Source of the DNA: Paramecium tetraurelia | Taxonomy: Eukaryota | Direction of reading: 5' to 3' | DNA: 64,000 nt | Assembly (NCBI GenBank): GCA_000165425.1 | Contig: CT868097.1 | Coordinates: forward strand, 378,867 to 442,866 | Shown here: piece after piece, positions 53,113 through 64,000 of the stretch | How positions within the stretch are numbered: the stretch's first letter is position 1 | Layout of the letters: each line of letters begins with the position of its first letter | Notes under the pieces: model-generated | What the model saw: the letters and a program-made list of their open reading frames with translations, nothing else | Told to the model about the DNA's origin: nothing | Database searches by the model: none | Made by a program: the position numbers and the translations under genes

Positions 53113-55834
53113 CTTAAGTATTTTTGTCTGTTTATTGTTATTGCTATGAGGTGACTGGTTATTTAACTTCAGGTAGAGGCTACAACTAACTTGGTTTGTA
53201 AATCACTTAACATTCCAAATATTTACCACTCGGTACAACTCCTGATTCAGGTTAGACATAAAAAATCTTTTTTTCAGTTGTTATCCATCTAAATTTAGCT
53301 TCTGCATTTCCATTATTTGTTAATCGAACAATTTCAGCAGTTTCCATTTCATTGTTATCTTCATTAAAACCAAATTTGATTTGAGTTCTATTCATCTCTA
53401 GGAACACTCTCTCAATATTTGCTTAGACAAGAAATTCAAAAATATGATTCTCATTTATTACATATTTTAGATGTGTTTTAATCTATCCTAATTATTTTGA
53501 ACAAAGAATGACATCAAATTATGCAGTCTAACCACTAGGAATGATTTATGGTTTAATGTATGATTAATTGAAATCTTCTTTGTCAGTATGTAATCTTACA
53601 CTAATAGAATTTCTGAGATCATTTCTCACATAAAAGTATTTAATTACAGTACTTTTAATGTAAACATTTCCAAATTCTATTTTAACAGGCCCAGCTTATA
53701 TTTTTTGTAATTAATCAGCATTTAATTCAGCACTTGTATCCCTAATTTCACTATGTGTTTTAGGTTCAAAAGGGAATTTTTTTTTTTATATATTCCTTAG
53801 ATCCGGTTCAAAAGGCTTAAGCTGTTTTCCTTCCTTTAATTAATTCTAATGAAGTGGTTCATAATGAAAGATTGGTTTAGTCACGAATAGAGTTTCATTA
53901 GCTTCTGGTAATGGTAATTCTTATTCGTATCCATCATCTTGCATTCCAACGGCAAATTCATAATCAATAGGTGGTTCTGGTTTAGGTTCTTCTTCTTGTT
54001 CTTGTTTTTTCGTGGCTCCCGAGGGCTTAACAGGTTCTTATTTGATTTCCTTCAAACGTTCATTCATCTAAGTAAATTTCTGTTTTATCTTCTTATCCTT
54101 AACCTTCTTAAGCCTTTATTCCCTATGCATTTTTAAATATTCATTATATATTTCTTTATTTAATGACTTTTGCTTTAACTCTTCAATTTTGTCTAATGAA
54201 ATTCCTTGTTGAACAAGAGACTAAACTGATTGTGAAATATCCAAAGTTTAAACCTTCTCAATTGATTTAATATTGCTTATGCTTTATTCTTTAGTTATAG
54301 TGTGCTTCATTTCAAAATCTTCAGGGAGTGATTCAGGTCCCCTTTTAACTTATTGTTTATTTGTAAACTATTAACTCACTCCTGCTAATCTAACTGGAAT
54401 TTTGAAGATTCCTCCAAGCAATTCAGCATTAATAACAGTTGTGAAGTTTCCAGTGTGCTTAGGTTTGAAACTAACCCAAAAGTTTTATTTTTCTTCTGGT
54501 TACAAAATTGACAAAGTTGGATTAACTTAGAAATAAGGAACTACAGGCCAATGAATTTGTATTGGCAGATCCGTCTATTTATTAGTAACTTCGAAAACAA
54601 TCTCTTTGTTTTAGTTGGCAGGACACAATCCAAATTATAAAATTGGAGTTGGTGGAAATTTGATTGTAGGACAAATACATCTCACCTGCAAATGATTCAT
54701 CAATGGTTCATTATCTTAAAAATCAAAAATTGCCGAATAATGATATTCATCATAATCTGGTTTCAATTGTTCAGGAGACAATGCAAAAGATCTCGTCCAT
54801 ACTTATTGTTCTTCTGAAACTTTAGGTTTACATTTAAAAACTATTGCAACTTATGAATAACTTTCCAAAACCCCTTCCTCTGGATAACATTCCATAATTC
54901 TTTCTGTCTATTCAAGACCCAATTCAGCAGGAGTCTACAATTTAAGAGCATCTTCTTATTAATGCAAACCCTTCTTCAATTTCACCTTAAACTTTTGTTA
55001 CTTGGGAGTGTTATTTACTAAATATGTTTCAATCTGCTTGAATTATCCATAGTAAATCTAACCAAAATCAAAGAAATTGTTTTGAACTCCAGTGTCGTCA
55101 ATCAAAAAACGAGTAAATTCTATTGACGTTGCATTAATGTCTATAGTTTTCTGGAGACTTTAACCATCTGCAATTACTTCTACTAAACCTCTGAAAATAC
55201 CAGCATCTTTAGGTTTATAAAATACCTTAACCGCAAATTCTTGTCCTGCTCCTAAACTAAATGAAGTCGGCTCTATTCTGAAATCAGGCAAACGATCAAT
55301 TTTTAGTTCTACTTTACCTGTCGATCGCCCTTCATTCTTAAAGTAAATATTATCTACTTTCTCCTTTCCTACACGGACAAATCCCAAATTTATAAATGGC
55401 TCAAAAACTATGCTATAATGAATTAAATGTTAAAAATACGCAGCTTGAGGAGGGAAGGCAAAAAGAGGCACATCAATAGTATAGTTACCATCTGACACAA
55501 TTTTCAAACTGTCTTAATACTACTCTAAACTGGCTGTTTCAAATGTTACTATCAGTTTCATTGAAAGTCCAGCTGCTATGGCACTATAAATCTACATAAT
55601 AAACACATACCCCTGCATTTCATAATCGCATCTGAAGTTAGAATGAGGTTGAAATACACGAATTCTTCGAGCAGTCTATGTTAAGTTTCTCACAAACACA
55701 GTAATTTCATAAGTCTAATTAATCTATATGTCTTTAAATATGATCTCGCTTGGCACTACTTCAATAGGCGGACCTGTTGAAAGTTATTTAATACGAGTCA
55801 TCGTACTGTTGAGACTTTTGTTGCTCTAATTCAT
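46973..55834 (-). CDS. CFAP47: Cilia- and flagella-associated protein 47 (ASH/Ig-like repeats, CH-like domain), ~2900 aa
   Basis: N-terminus EVVPSEIIFKD...VRNLTQTARRIRVFQP; many LxN Ig-like repeats; SNFASEFRDSLLIA CH-like segment; C-terminus FTPVEYGK...WSYSIRGVLPRYVPP. Confidence 0.85.
53057..53110 (-). repeat. Poly-Gln tract (18 Q) in CFAP47, encoded by 15 TAA, 2 TAG and 1 CAA
   Basis: (TTA)n/(CTA) run on the + strand, in frame within CFAP47 on the - strand. Confidence 0.9.
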
Positions 55835-56824
55835 TATTAATAATAATAATGTGTATATTCTAAGAATGTGGATAAAAGAAAACCAACTACAAATCATTTT
55901 CTAGTTTCACAACCAAGAGTAAAATTAAGATTCCTCCTTTACCAATTAGTAAGTAGTCTATAATAAAATAGCATAGGAATTATAAGAAAAATATTGTTTA
56001 TTATAAGTATCCTTTCTCGAATTAATATTAATTGAAGATGAAAATTTCTTTAGAAATGGATAATAGATTTCAATTTTTGAATTAGTTCTTAGATAACTTT
56101 AAATACTATGTTTGAGAATGCTAAATAAAAATAATAACTGAAGGAAAAATGTAAACTATTCGGTACTTTATAATTTTCATTTATAAAGTATTTCATTAAT
56201 ATCAAGAATTAAATTTTAAGTTAACATCCATAATCTATTACAATGGTTATTGATAAAAAAATTATAATATACTATCATTAACTATACTTTCCTTTTGTTA
56301 TCAGGTTATTTATAAAGTCCACATAGGATATTTAAATAAATGGTTTTGATAAAATTTGGAAATTTATAAATTATAATTTTAACAAAATAAAATCTAAAAT
56401 ATTATGCTATTATTTTTTATGATTGATTATTTAAAATATATTGTACCATCATGGATTCAAAAAGTTATTCAAGAAATTTATAATATAAAGATTTTTCATA
56501 TGGATCCTGGGCACTAAATAGTCCAAGAAATAGCTAAACTATGCATCTATGATTCAATCTGTAATAAAATTATTGCTAAAATATTGATTTAAATTGATTT
56601 ATCTTATTATAATGTTTACAAAATTATACTTCCAGTGAATTATAAAATGATAATATAATTAAACATTTATTTAATTTCTAATTGTGGGAATACTAACATT
56701 TATGGAAATTCCTGGGAAACAATTTAGATGTCAAATGTTTGATTATATGCTTCATCATTAATATGACTTATGAGTGATGCATTAAATTAGTAAAAATATA
56801 TAAAATAGAATTAAGCTTTTATAT

Positions 56825-57517
56825 TCATTATTTAGTTCTAAATGATAACTGAAATAGATTTCCAACTTCTTATTCTTTATAAGAATTAATTTTTAAAGGA
56901 TAATAGATGTCAGAGATTTTGTCTTATTGTTTAACACTTTTCTCGCTGGTGTTTAAAGTATTTCTATGGGAATGTTGTTATTAAAATCCTTAATAGTCAT
57001 CATTATTGAGCTTAAATCTATAGCTGTTTTATGGAGATTGTCGATGTTGGTTATTCTAAGTGTTTGAAAATTCTAGTTTAAAAGTAAATTAAGGTGTGAT
57101 GTCATTGAGATTTCTAGTTTTCTAAGAGGATCTATCATTTTATTTATGCTAAGTCTGGGTTTATGGAGTTTATTTAGTAAATAGTTTATAGATCTTCTAA
57201 ATTATTTATAAATATAATTTTACTTATTGTATTAGTTATTGTGATTGTTGCTAATTAGTAAAGGAGTGTTAGGACTTTTAGGACTCACTCATTTAGAAAT
57301 GGGGTTTTGATTTAAATTTGAGGGAATCGATTGTTTTGATTTGTTTTTTGTTATTTTTAAAATAGTATTAATTTTATTATTATTGACCATAGAACTCTTA
57401 ACTTAACTATCTATAAAATTCATCGTCATTATTAATTTTTAATTTATTTTCAGTAGGTTAAAATTAATAAGAATCATCTTTTTCTAGCATAAAGCTCACA
57501 AATCCATTTTAGTTCAT
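56825..57517 (-). CDS. Hypothetical Q/N-rich protein
   Basis: MNQNGFVSFMLEKDD...NNDDEFYRQLSQEFYGQQQQ; one intron; open to TGA at 56825. Confidence 0.65.
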
Positions 57518-57555
57518 TAAAATTAAATATTATTATTATATATATATTAAACTCA

Positions 57556-58316
57556 TCATTACTCATTAAGAATAGACAAATGTTTAACCTATTATTATTT
57601 AAGCAACATTTCTAATTAGTTAATTTAATCAAATGTCTTAGCATTCTCTAACAACTTTTTGATGTGTTCTTTATCTAGAGTAGCATCTTTCAAATTAATC
57701 AAATTCATATAATCAGTCAACTCATCAGGTTTGAAGGATTCCTCAGCTTTTTGTCTTTCCTAATTTTGAATTTAATAATTTAATTACTGATTGAGTAACT
57801 TTATTGAAATCAAGAATTTTTAAATTAGGTAAAATTGCAATTACTTTATATCTATAATCAGGTTATTAAGTGATAAGATTTCCATGTAAGATCAATCTTT
57901 TGAGTTTTTTGCAATGCTTCAATTGATACAATTCGTTGATATCAGTTAATCTATTATTCATTAAGATTAAATTTTCAATATTGGGCAGTGAATCAGATAC
58001 ATCCGTCAATTTAGTAATTCTATTGTTCGATAAGTTTAAAGTCTTAAGTCTTAGGATAATCTAATACAGTATACCTTTTTAAAAGGGTAAGATTTCCTAG
58101 CTTTTTGATATCATTATCCCCTAAATCAATGTGATCAAAAAAATCCTACATAAAAGAATCTTGATACCAATGTAGCTCCTAAATTTTCTATGGCTGTAAT
58201 TTTCTTTGCTAAGATATTTAAATATATAGACTAATACCTCGTAGATCAAGCTGTCTTTCATTTAATGGATTAATAAAATGATGTGATCCCTGTATTAATT
58301 CAGAGTTAATTTTCAT
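57556..58316 (-). CDS. SNRPA1: U2 snRNP A' (LRR protein)
   Basis: MKINSELIQGSHHFINPLNERQLDLRAKKITAIENLGATLDFFDHIDLGDNDIKKLGN; LRR cap ITQQPDYRYKV. Confidence 0.92.
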
Positions 58317-58337
58317 TAATATATTTATATAATTTAA

Positions 58338-59415
58338 TCATCCTGTAAATCGAAAACAAAAAAAGCAAAATGTCGATTAGATGCCTCTAACATCCACTTG
58401 CCAAGCATATTAAAAGTCACACTGAGGACAATTGCCAAATGACCCTTAAAACAAGAATTTTTCAACTATTTGCATTCGAATTAAAAATGAATGCGCAACA
58501 TCGCTCTATCTCATTGTTGACTATATATGCTCCATAATAAAATTATTTTAATGATCCTATTTTAATGCAACATTTTACTCCTAATTTACGTGTGCAAATA
58601 AATGGACATACACTTCCCATGCAATAATTTGATTTATGAATGTCTTAAAATAATTGTTCCACTTTTTCATGACAATCTTGGCATTCAACTAGTTATTCAC
58701 AACCTTTTTAATATAAATAAATCAATACACTTTCGATAATGATTCTAAACAAAATCTGGATACTTAACTATCTATTTGCAATTATCATTTGGGCATTTTA
58801 TACTTAAATTCTTTATTAACACTTATGCTCTCAAACTATTTGGAGGAGCTGACAATAATTCTTATTTACAAATTGGACACACCTATCTCACATCTTCTAT
58901 ATTTCTAATATTATAATAGCAATCCTTGCAAATTTCGTGTCCTTATAAACAAACTATTATTGGAATTTAATTAAATTCTCTACAAACAGGACATATTAAT
59001 TCCTGTTTTTAGATTTCTTCATGAAGTTCTTTTTGCGATTCCAAATTGATTAGAGTGTCAAATTTTAGTAATTTTGAATAGTAATTAATTTTTGCAATCT
59101 CTTCTATCTCTTTTACTATACATTGTCCGCATGTATAGGGTTGTTCTAAATTACAGCGTTTACATGTATTCGGCAATGTTAAATATTTTAAGAGTTCTTT
59201 TAAATCTATTTGCTATTTGCATGAATCGATTGGACACTTAATTTAAAATTTGGATTTCTTAGATTAAATAGTATTGCTTAAGATCTACTTTAAACAATTT
59301 TAACATAGATGATGATCGCATTCTATTGATAAATGAAATATGAACTTCCTAATTAATATTGTGGGTCCATGGCATCACATTAAGCACACTATTTAGTCTA
59401 TTTAATTTTATGCAT
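58338..59415 (-). CDS. Multi-RING / Cys-rich zinc-finger protein (probable E3 ligase)
   Basis: CAQC...KCDHHLCQNC...CPIDSC; CPVC...CLQGHEICKDC...CPIC; further CxxC pairs; one intron. Confidence 0.8.
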
Positions 59416-59450
59416 TATTAATAATTAATTAATATTAATAAATTCCTTTC

Positions 59451-61704
59451 ATGTTTTTAAAGTATTATCCTGACCTTATTGTAGTTTTGGTCGATTCTTT
59501 GGATTTGGATCCTAATCTAAATTTGACATTTTGCTAAAACAAGATAATTTAACCTTAGAAACCATATTGAATGAGGAAGACATATTGTCTGAATTAAAAA
59601 ATTCAAGCTCAGGCAAGTTTGCTGATTTGTAAGTTTAAATTTTGACTACATTCTAGCATAATACAGCATCCTAAGGAATACTATAAAATGATTTATTACA
59701 TTAATAAAGATGTAACTGATCAGGAGTATAATTCTAAATATCCATTTTTGATAAGTGAAATATTAGGTTCAGAAAATGATAAATTGATTAATTTTCTATT
59801 TGAAAAACAAGAGGACACACCTTAAGAAGAAGTTTAAAATCCTTTAGAAGATCAGCTAGCACTGAGTTAATTCTAAGAGGAACATTAAGAAAACGAAAAA
59901 CTAAGATAGAATTTACTACCTGATCTACTTTCTCTATTAGAAAATGATTTCCTCTTAATCACATTAGCTGGATATTTTACCAAGATTATTTCAGCAATTA
60001 TTCATAAAAGAGGAGATGATGTATTTCTATTAATAAATTAAGTTTTGGGAATACTTAAAAAATCACCCACGAATAATCTCAAATCTATTCAAACATTTAA
60101 GCATAAGACAAATTACTGAAATATTTGAAAAGTTGATTATTTTAGATAAAGGTTATGAAGAACATCATGAAGGCTTTTATATAGAAGAGAGACAAAATTT
60201 AATAGCCAGAATGCTCAAATTCCTCAAAGGAGAATCACATTCAAATACAATTATTACAAACATTTGTGAATCCCTTATTGAAGTATACAAAAGAGCATTG
60301 ATATCTCTTGAATCTATGGTAGTTTTGAGAGAAATTCTATTAAAAATTGAAAAACCGCTATTCTTTATGAGTTTGGCACTGCAAACTTAAAATAGTTCCA
60401 TATATAGTTTACTCAACATTCAATTTGAATTTTATAACAAAATGTCTTAGCTATAAGATAAACCATACGAAATAGAACTTTCTGTTCTTTATAAACCAAT
60501 TTTAGATGAATCACTCAAGGCTCTAACTTAATAGGACATCTTTAAAGTATCTTTTTAAACTACTTCTGGAAATATAATTAGACCATTAGGCGATTCAAAA
60601 TTGTTATTAATATAATTGATTATATAATTAATTTAGAAAAAAGAATTAGCTCTGGTAATTGAAAATGGAGAAATATTTTAACAAATAATTAATTTAGTAT
60701 TTGAATATCAAACAAACAATTAATTACATGTTTTATTTGAAAAATTGATTGTTGCCATTTTAGATTCATAAAATGATCATTTGCATGAACTATTTTTTGA
60801 AGATACCAATTTTCTGAATTTACTAATAAAGATTAATGGGTCTGAAGAAAGAAAAAAGAAACATGGATTTTAAGGTATATTAACCAAAATAACTAATTAT
60901 ATTAATACTCCAAGTGTCCTTTAAAAATGTTAAGTAGTATAAACTGCAATTGATAGCATCTAAAATGAATGGTTAAAATATCTTGAAGAATTATAAGTAG
61001 TTAATGAAGTTGAATAATCGTGGTTATTAGGAGTTAATCCAAGATTCAGAGAACAAATAAATGTAGATCCTTATAGTCCCCCTATTTTCTGGCCTAATAA
61101 TCTATCCTCTTATTAAAACAATTCCACAGATAATTCTAATTCATAAACAAATGAAAATCAAGAAGAAACTTAAGTAGAAACTAATAATACCAGTGAAAAA
61201 CAAGAAATTGATCAAAATGCAGATGAATTTGATTCAGAAGAAGCTTAAATTGAAAAATAATCACCTATTGAGGTTGTACAAGTGAAAGAAGAGAATATTG
61301 AATCTTTGGATGAGTAATAGCCTGAAAAGTATGAATAAAAGATAGTTGATTCTCCAGTCTATGTTGTTAGTGATGAATAAATAAAGGAGAATCCTGTATA
61401 AATAGCAGAGTTTTAGGAGGAGCCAAATTAATCAGTATAAGAAGAACAAGATATTGTCTAACAAGAAGAATAACTAAATGATTAGAATTAAAATTAATAG
61501 AATTAACTGCAAGAGTAGCCAAAATAGGAAGAATAATCTAATACACAAGAATAACCAAAACAAGATGAACAATAAGATTTGCTTCAAGAGTAACCAAAGA
61601 AGGAAGGGTAATAATAACCTTAAGTTGAATAAGAACCATAGGTAGATAATAATGCAATTTAAGAATAACAGGAGCAGGATTAATAACTTAAAGATAATGT
61701 TTGA
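59451..61704 (+). CDS. SAPS-domain protein (SIT4/PP6 regulatory subunit) with acidic Q/E tail
   Basis: FFGFGSQSKFDILLKQDNLTLETILNEEDILSELK, KYPFLISEILG, LAGYFTKII, PLGDSKL, NNQLH, GFQGILTKITN. Confidence 0.88.
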
Positions 61705-61945
61705 TATAATATTATTATTAATATTATATAGATACATCTATCAAGATACTTAAGATTTAATTTATTCCTTGAATTCTTTTTATTTTAGTATGATCTTTAT
61801 TTAACAACATTGAATCATCTTTTTGCAAATTCCCTAATAATGATAATTAAAATTGAAGAAATAGTAAATGAATAATAAGAATTTTCTCTTAAAAGTAATT
61901 AGCTATCTATTGATAAAATAACTTTATCAAATAATATATATTTAA

Positions 61946-64000
61946 TCATTATTCTGTCTTTTAAGTTCTTTTCTTTTTTATCAGTTTGTTTTACTTTAAA
62001 TGTTTAGTTCTGAGAGCTGCTGCCTTTCTTGCTTCGTTCATAATGGCAAGATATCTTTGTTTAAGTTCTGATTAATATTGATTAAAAAGCCTTGACCATT
62101 CACTCTAAGTTAATCTCAATTTTAATTTTGGTTTTATGTCAGAACACATATTTTCCGCTAATTTTAGTATCAAATTTGGAAATGGTTACTAATCTTATGG
62201 TAATTAACGAATTTTATTAAAAATTATTTCTTTAAAGACTACTGAGTTTTATCCATTTCTTCTTCTTGAAAATTCCCTTTTTTGTAAAATGTATTTGATT
62301 TCTTAATCATCCTTAGCCTTCAATTATTTAATTTCAGGTCCATCAGCTTTAAATCTAATCATTAATTTCCCTCTATCTGTATTTATCTATTGCTTATGAG
62401 TTTCTTTATAATCATTTATTTTTGTATAAAACTTAATTAATAAATAGATAGATTACTTCTCTCATTTATAGGGTATATTCTCTTCTAATTTTTTGGAGAT
62501 GTTCTTTTAGAATTTCATATTTGACCACTAATTCTTCCATGAATACTTTTTCATGAACTTACAATTATATCATCATTTGATAATCAAATCTTATCTTAGC
62601 TGCTACACTAAGTGCAATGTTATCGATGTATTTAGTATATGGTAGTAGGACTCTTCCTAAAATTTTAGGATCTATATCTTTAATGTCTTCATCTATTTAT
62701 ACAAAGGTCTTGACTTTTTTTAATAAATTTGTCCTCAATTCAGTTGCTTTAAATACTGGATTGAGTTTAAACTTTAGATCATTCCAATTTTATGATTTTT
62801 AAGGTGCAATCAGTCTTTATAAAATATGATGCTACTTTTCCAGGAGATGTGGTAATTCATGCAATTTTAATTCTTCTCTATCTTTTTCGGTCATTTGACC
62901 TTTAAAACTTTGTTTTAAATACTCATCCCATTTATAATTAAGATAACTTAATTGCACTTGGAAGTTATGATTGTACCATTTCCAAAATCGTTAAATTGTT
63001 AATGTTTTGGCTGTGATAGTCTTTAAATTGACTCTAAATTTAACAAATAAGGAGCTTCTCAAATGATATAAGTTGATTTTTCTGATATAAGTATATTTAG
63101 ATTTAATTCTAAAATGAATTTTGAATCTAAATATAAATGATAATAAAATTTTCTTTTATCTTAACCCTAGTTTCGATTTAATTTTTTTGATGATATTCCT
63201 TTTTCTGATTGTATTTTGAATGATTCTAGCTTTCATATGTTCTTTAAACATTAATCGTTTCAATTCTAAACCTCTTTGAGAAGTATCCTACATCATTTGA
63301 AAGATATTTTCCATATTAAAATAAGTCAAAATCATCCTAAAAAATTACATGTTTTGTTGTTATCTAATAATTTCTAGTCTCTTTTTGTATCTAAATTCTG
63401 GGGATTTCTCTTGGATTTATTGTTGGATGTGATGGATCTTCTCTACAAAGTTATCTTACTTTTTTTATTGAACAATTCTTAATTTCATCTCTCTTTCATA
63501 GGCTTAAGTTTAAATGGCTTTAATGATGTCTTCTTTGTTTTGAATGGGAACCTTTTTTAACTGCATTTTATCAGTAATTTCCTTATTGAGTTCTTCTCTT
63601 AATTTTTATTTCTTCAAAAAGATTTCTTTTCTCTTTTATGATAATTGTTTGAGATCTCTTTTGACATTATGAAGGAAATAGGGATCAAACTGATCAAATT
63701 TATCGTGATACTTCTTCTTATCACTTTGATTGAGATCATCGCTTTTATTTTTGGAAGACTTCGAATGAGTTTATAAATTATTCTGGTTTTCAAATGATTG
63801 CTTATTGTTATCGTTTAACAGAGTCTTCATAAATTTAGATTCATCCTAAGACTTAACCATTAGGATGTATTAATACTTCAAAACATCATTTTCATGACTT
63901 AACAGTTAATCTATGTCTTTGTGCTATTCCCAAGTTTGTGATGTTGGAGTTGAAGTATTGCACACAGGTATGTATAGGTAATTTTGATATTCTAATTATT
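61946..64000 (-). CDS. Hypothetical protein, 5' end lies beyond the window
   Basis: Long K/Q/E-rich frame in code 6; a final 22-nt intron gives ...KELKKTEQ-TGA. Confidence 0.7.

Noticed and set aside
61200..61704. Repetitive Q/E-rich sequence
   Set aside because: Low-complexity acidic tail of the SAPS protein, not a separate element.

Overview
AT-rich, gene-dense ciliate macronuclear DNA, most likely Paramecium. Evidence: TAA/TAG read as Gln with TGA the only stop (translation table 6), abundant 20-30 nt GT..AG introns, and intergenic gaps often under 60 nt. The supplied ORF track used the standard code, so it shows only fragments or antisense artefacts; all gene models here were translated by hand with table 6. 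About 35 protein genes are supported. They include SAS-6, PKA catalytic subunit, a MYND-finger Aurora-like kinase, centrin-3, eL43/RPL37A, an ACP-like protein, a CNBD K+ channel, ALG13, two CK2-beta subunits, HSF, p24, two tandem HTH genes, CDPK, HGD, CK1, CFAP47, U2A', a multi-RING protein and a SAPS/PP6R subunit. No rRNA, tRNA, CRISPR, telomere or intact transposon was seen. Most notable are a membrane-tethered bZIP with ATF6-like lumenal motifs, a catalytically dead SPP-like protease about 4.5 kb from it, a forkhead-like winged helix, an eL43 lacking three of four zinc ligands, a serine-less ACP, a secreted protein with VDE-like Cys spacing, and a possible frameshift in the K+ channel tail. 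Family calls rest on recalled motifs, not database searches.
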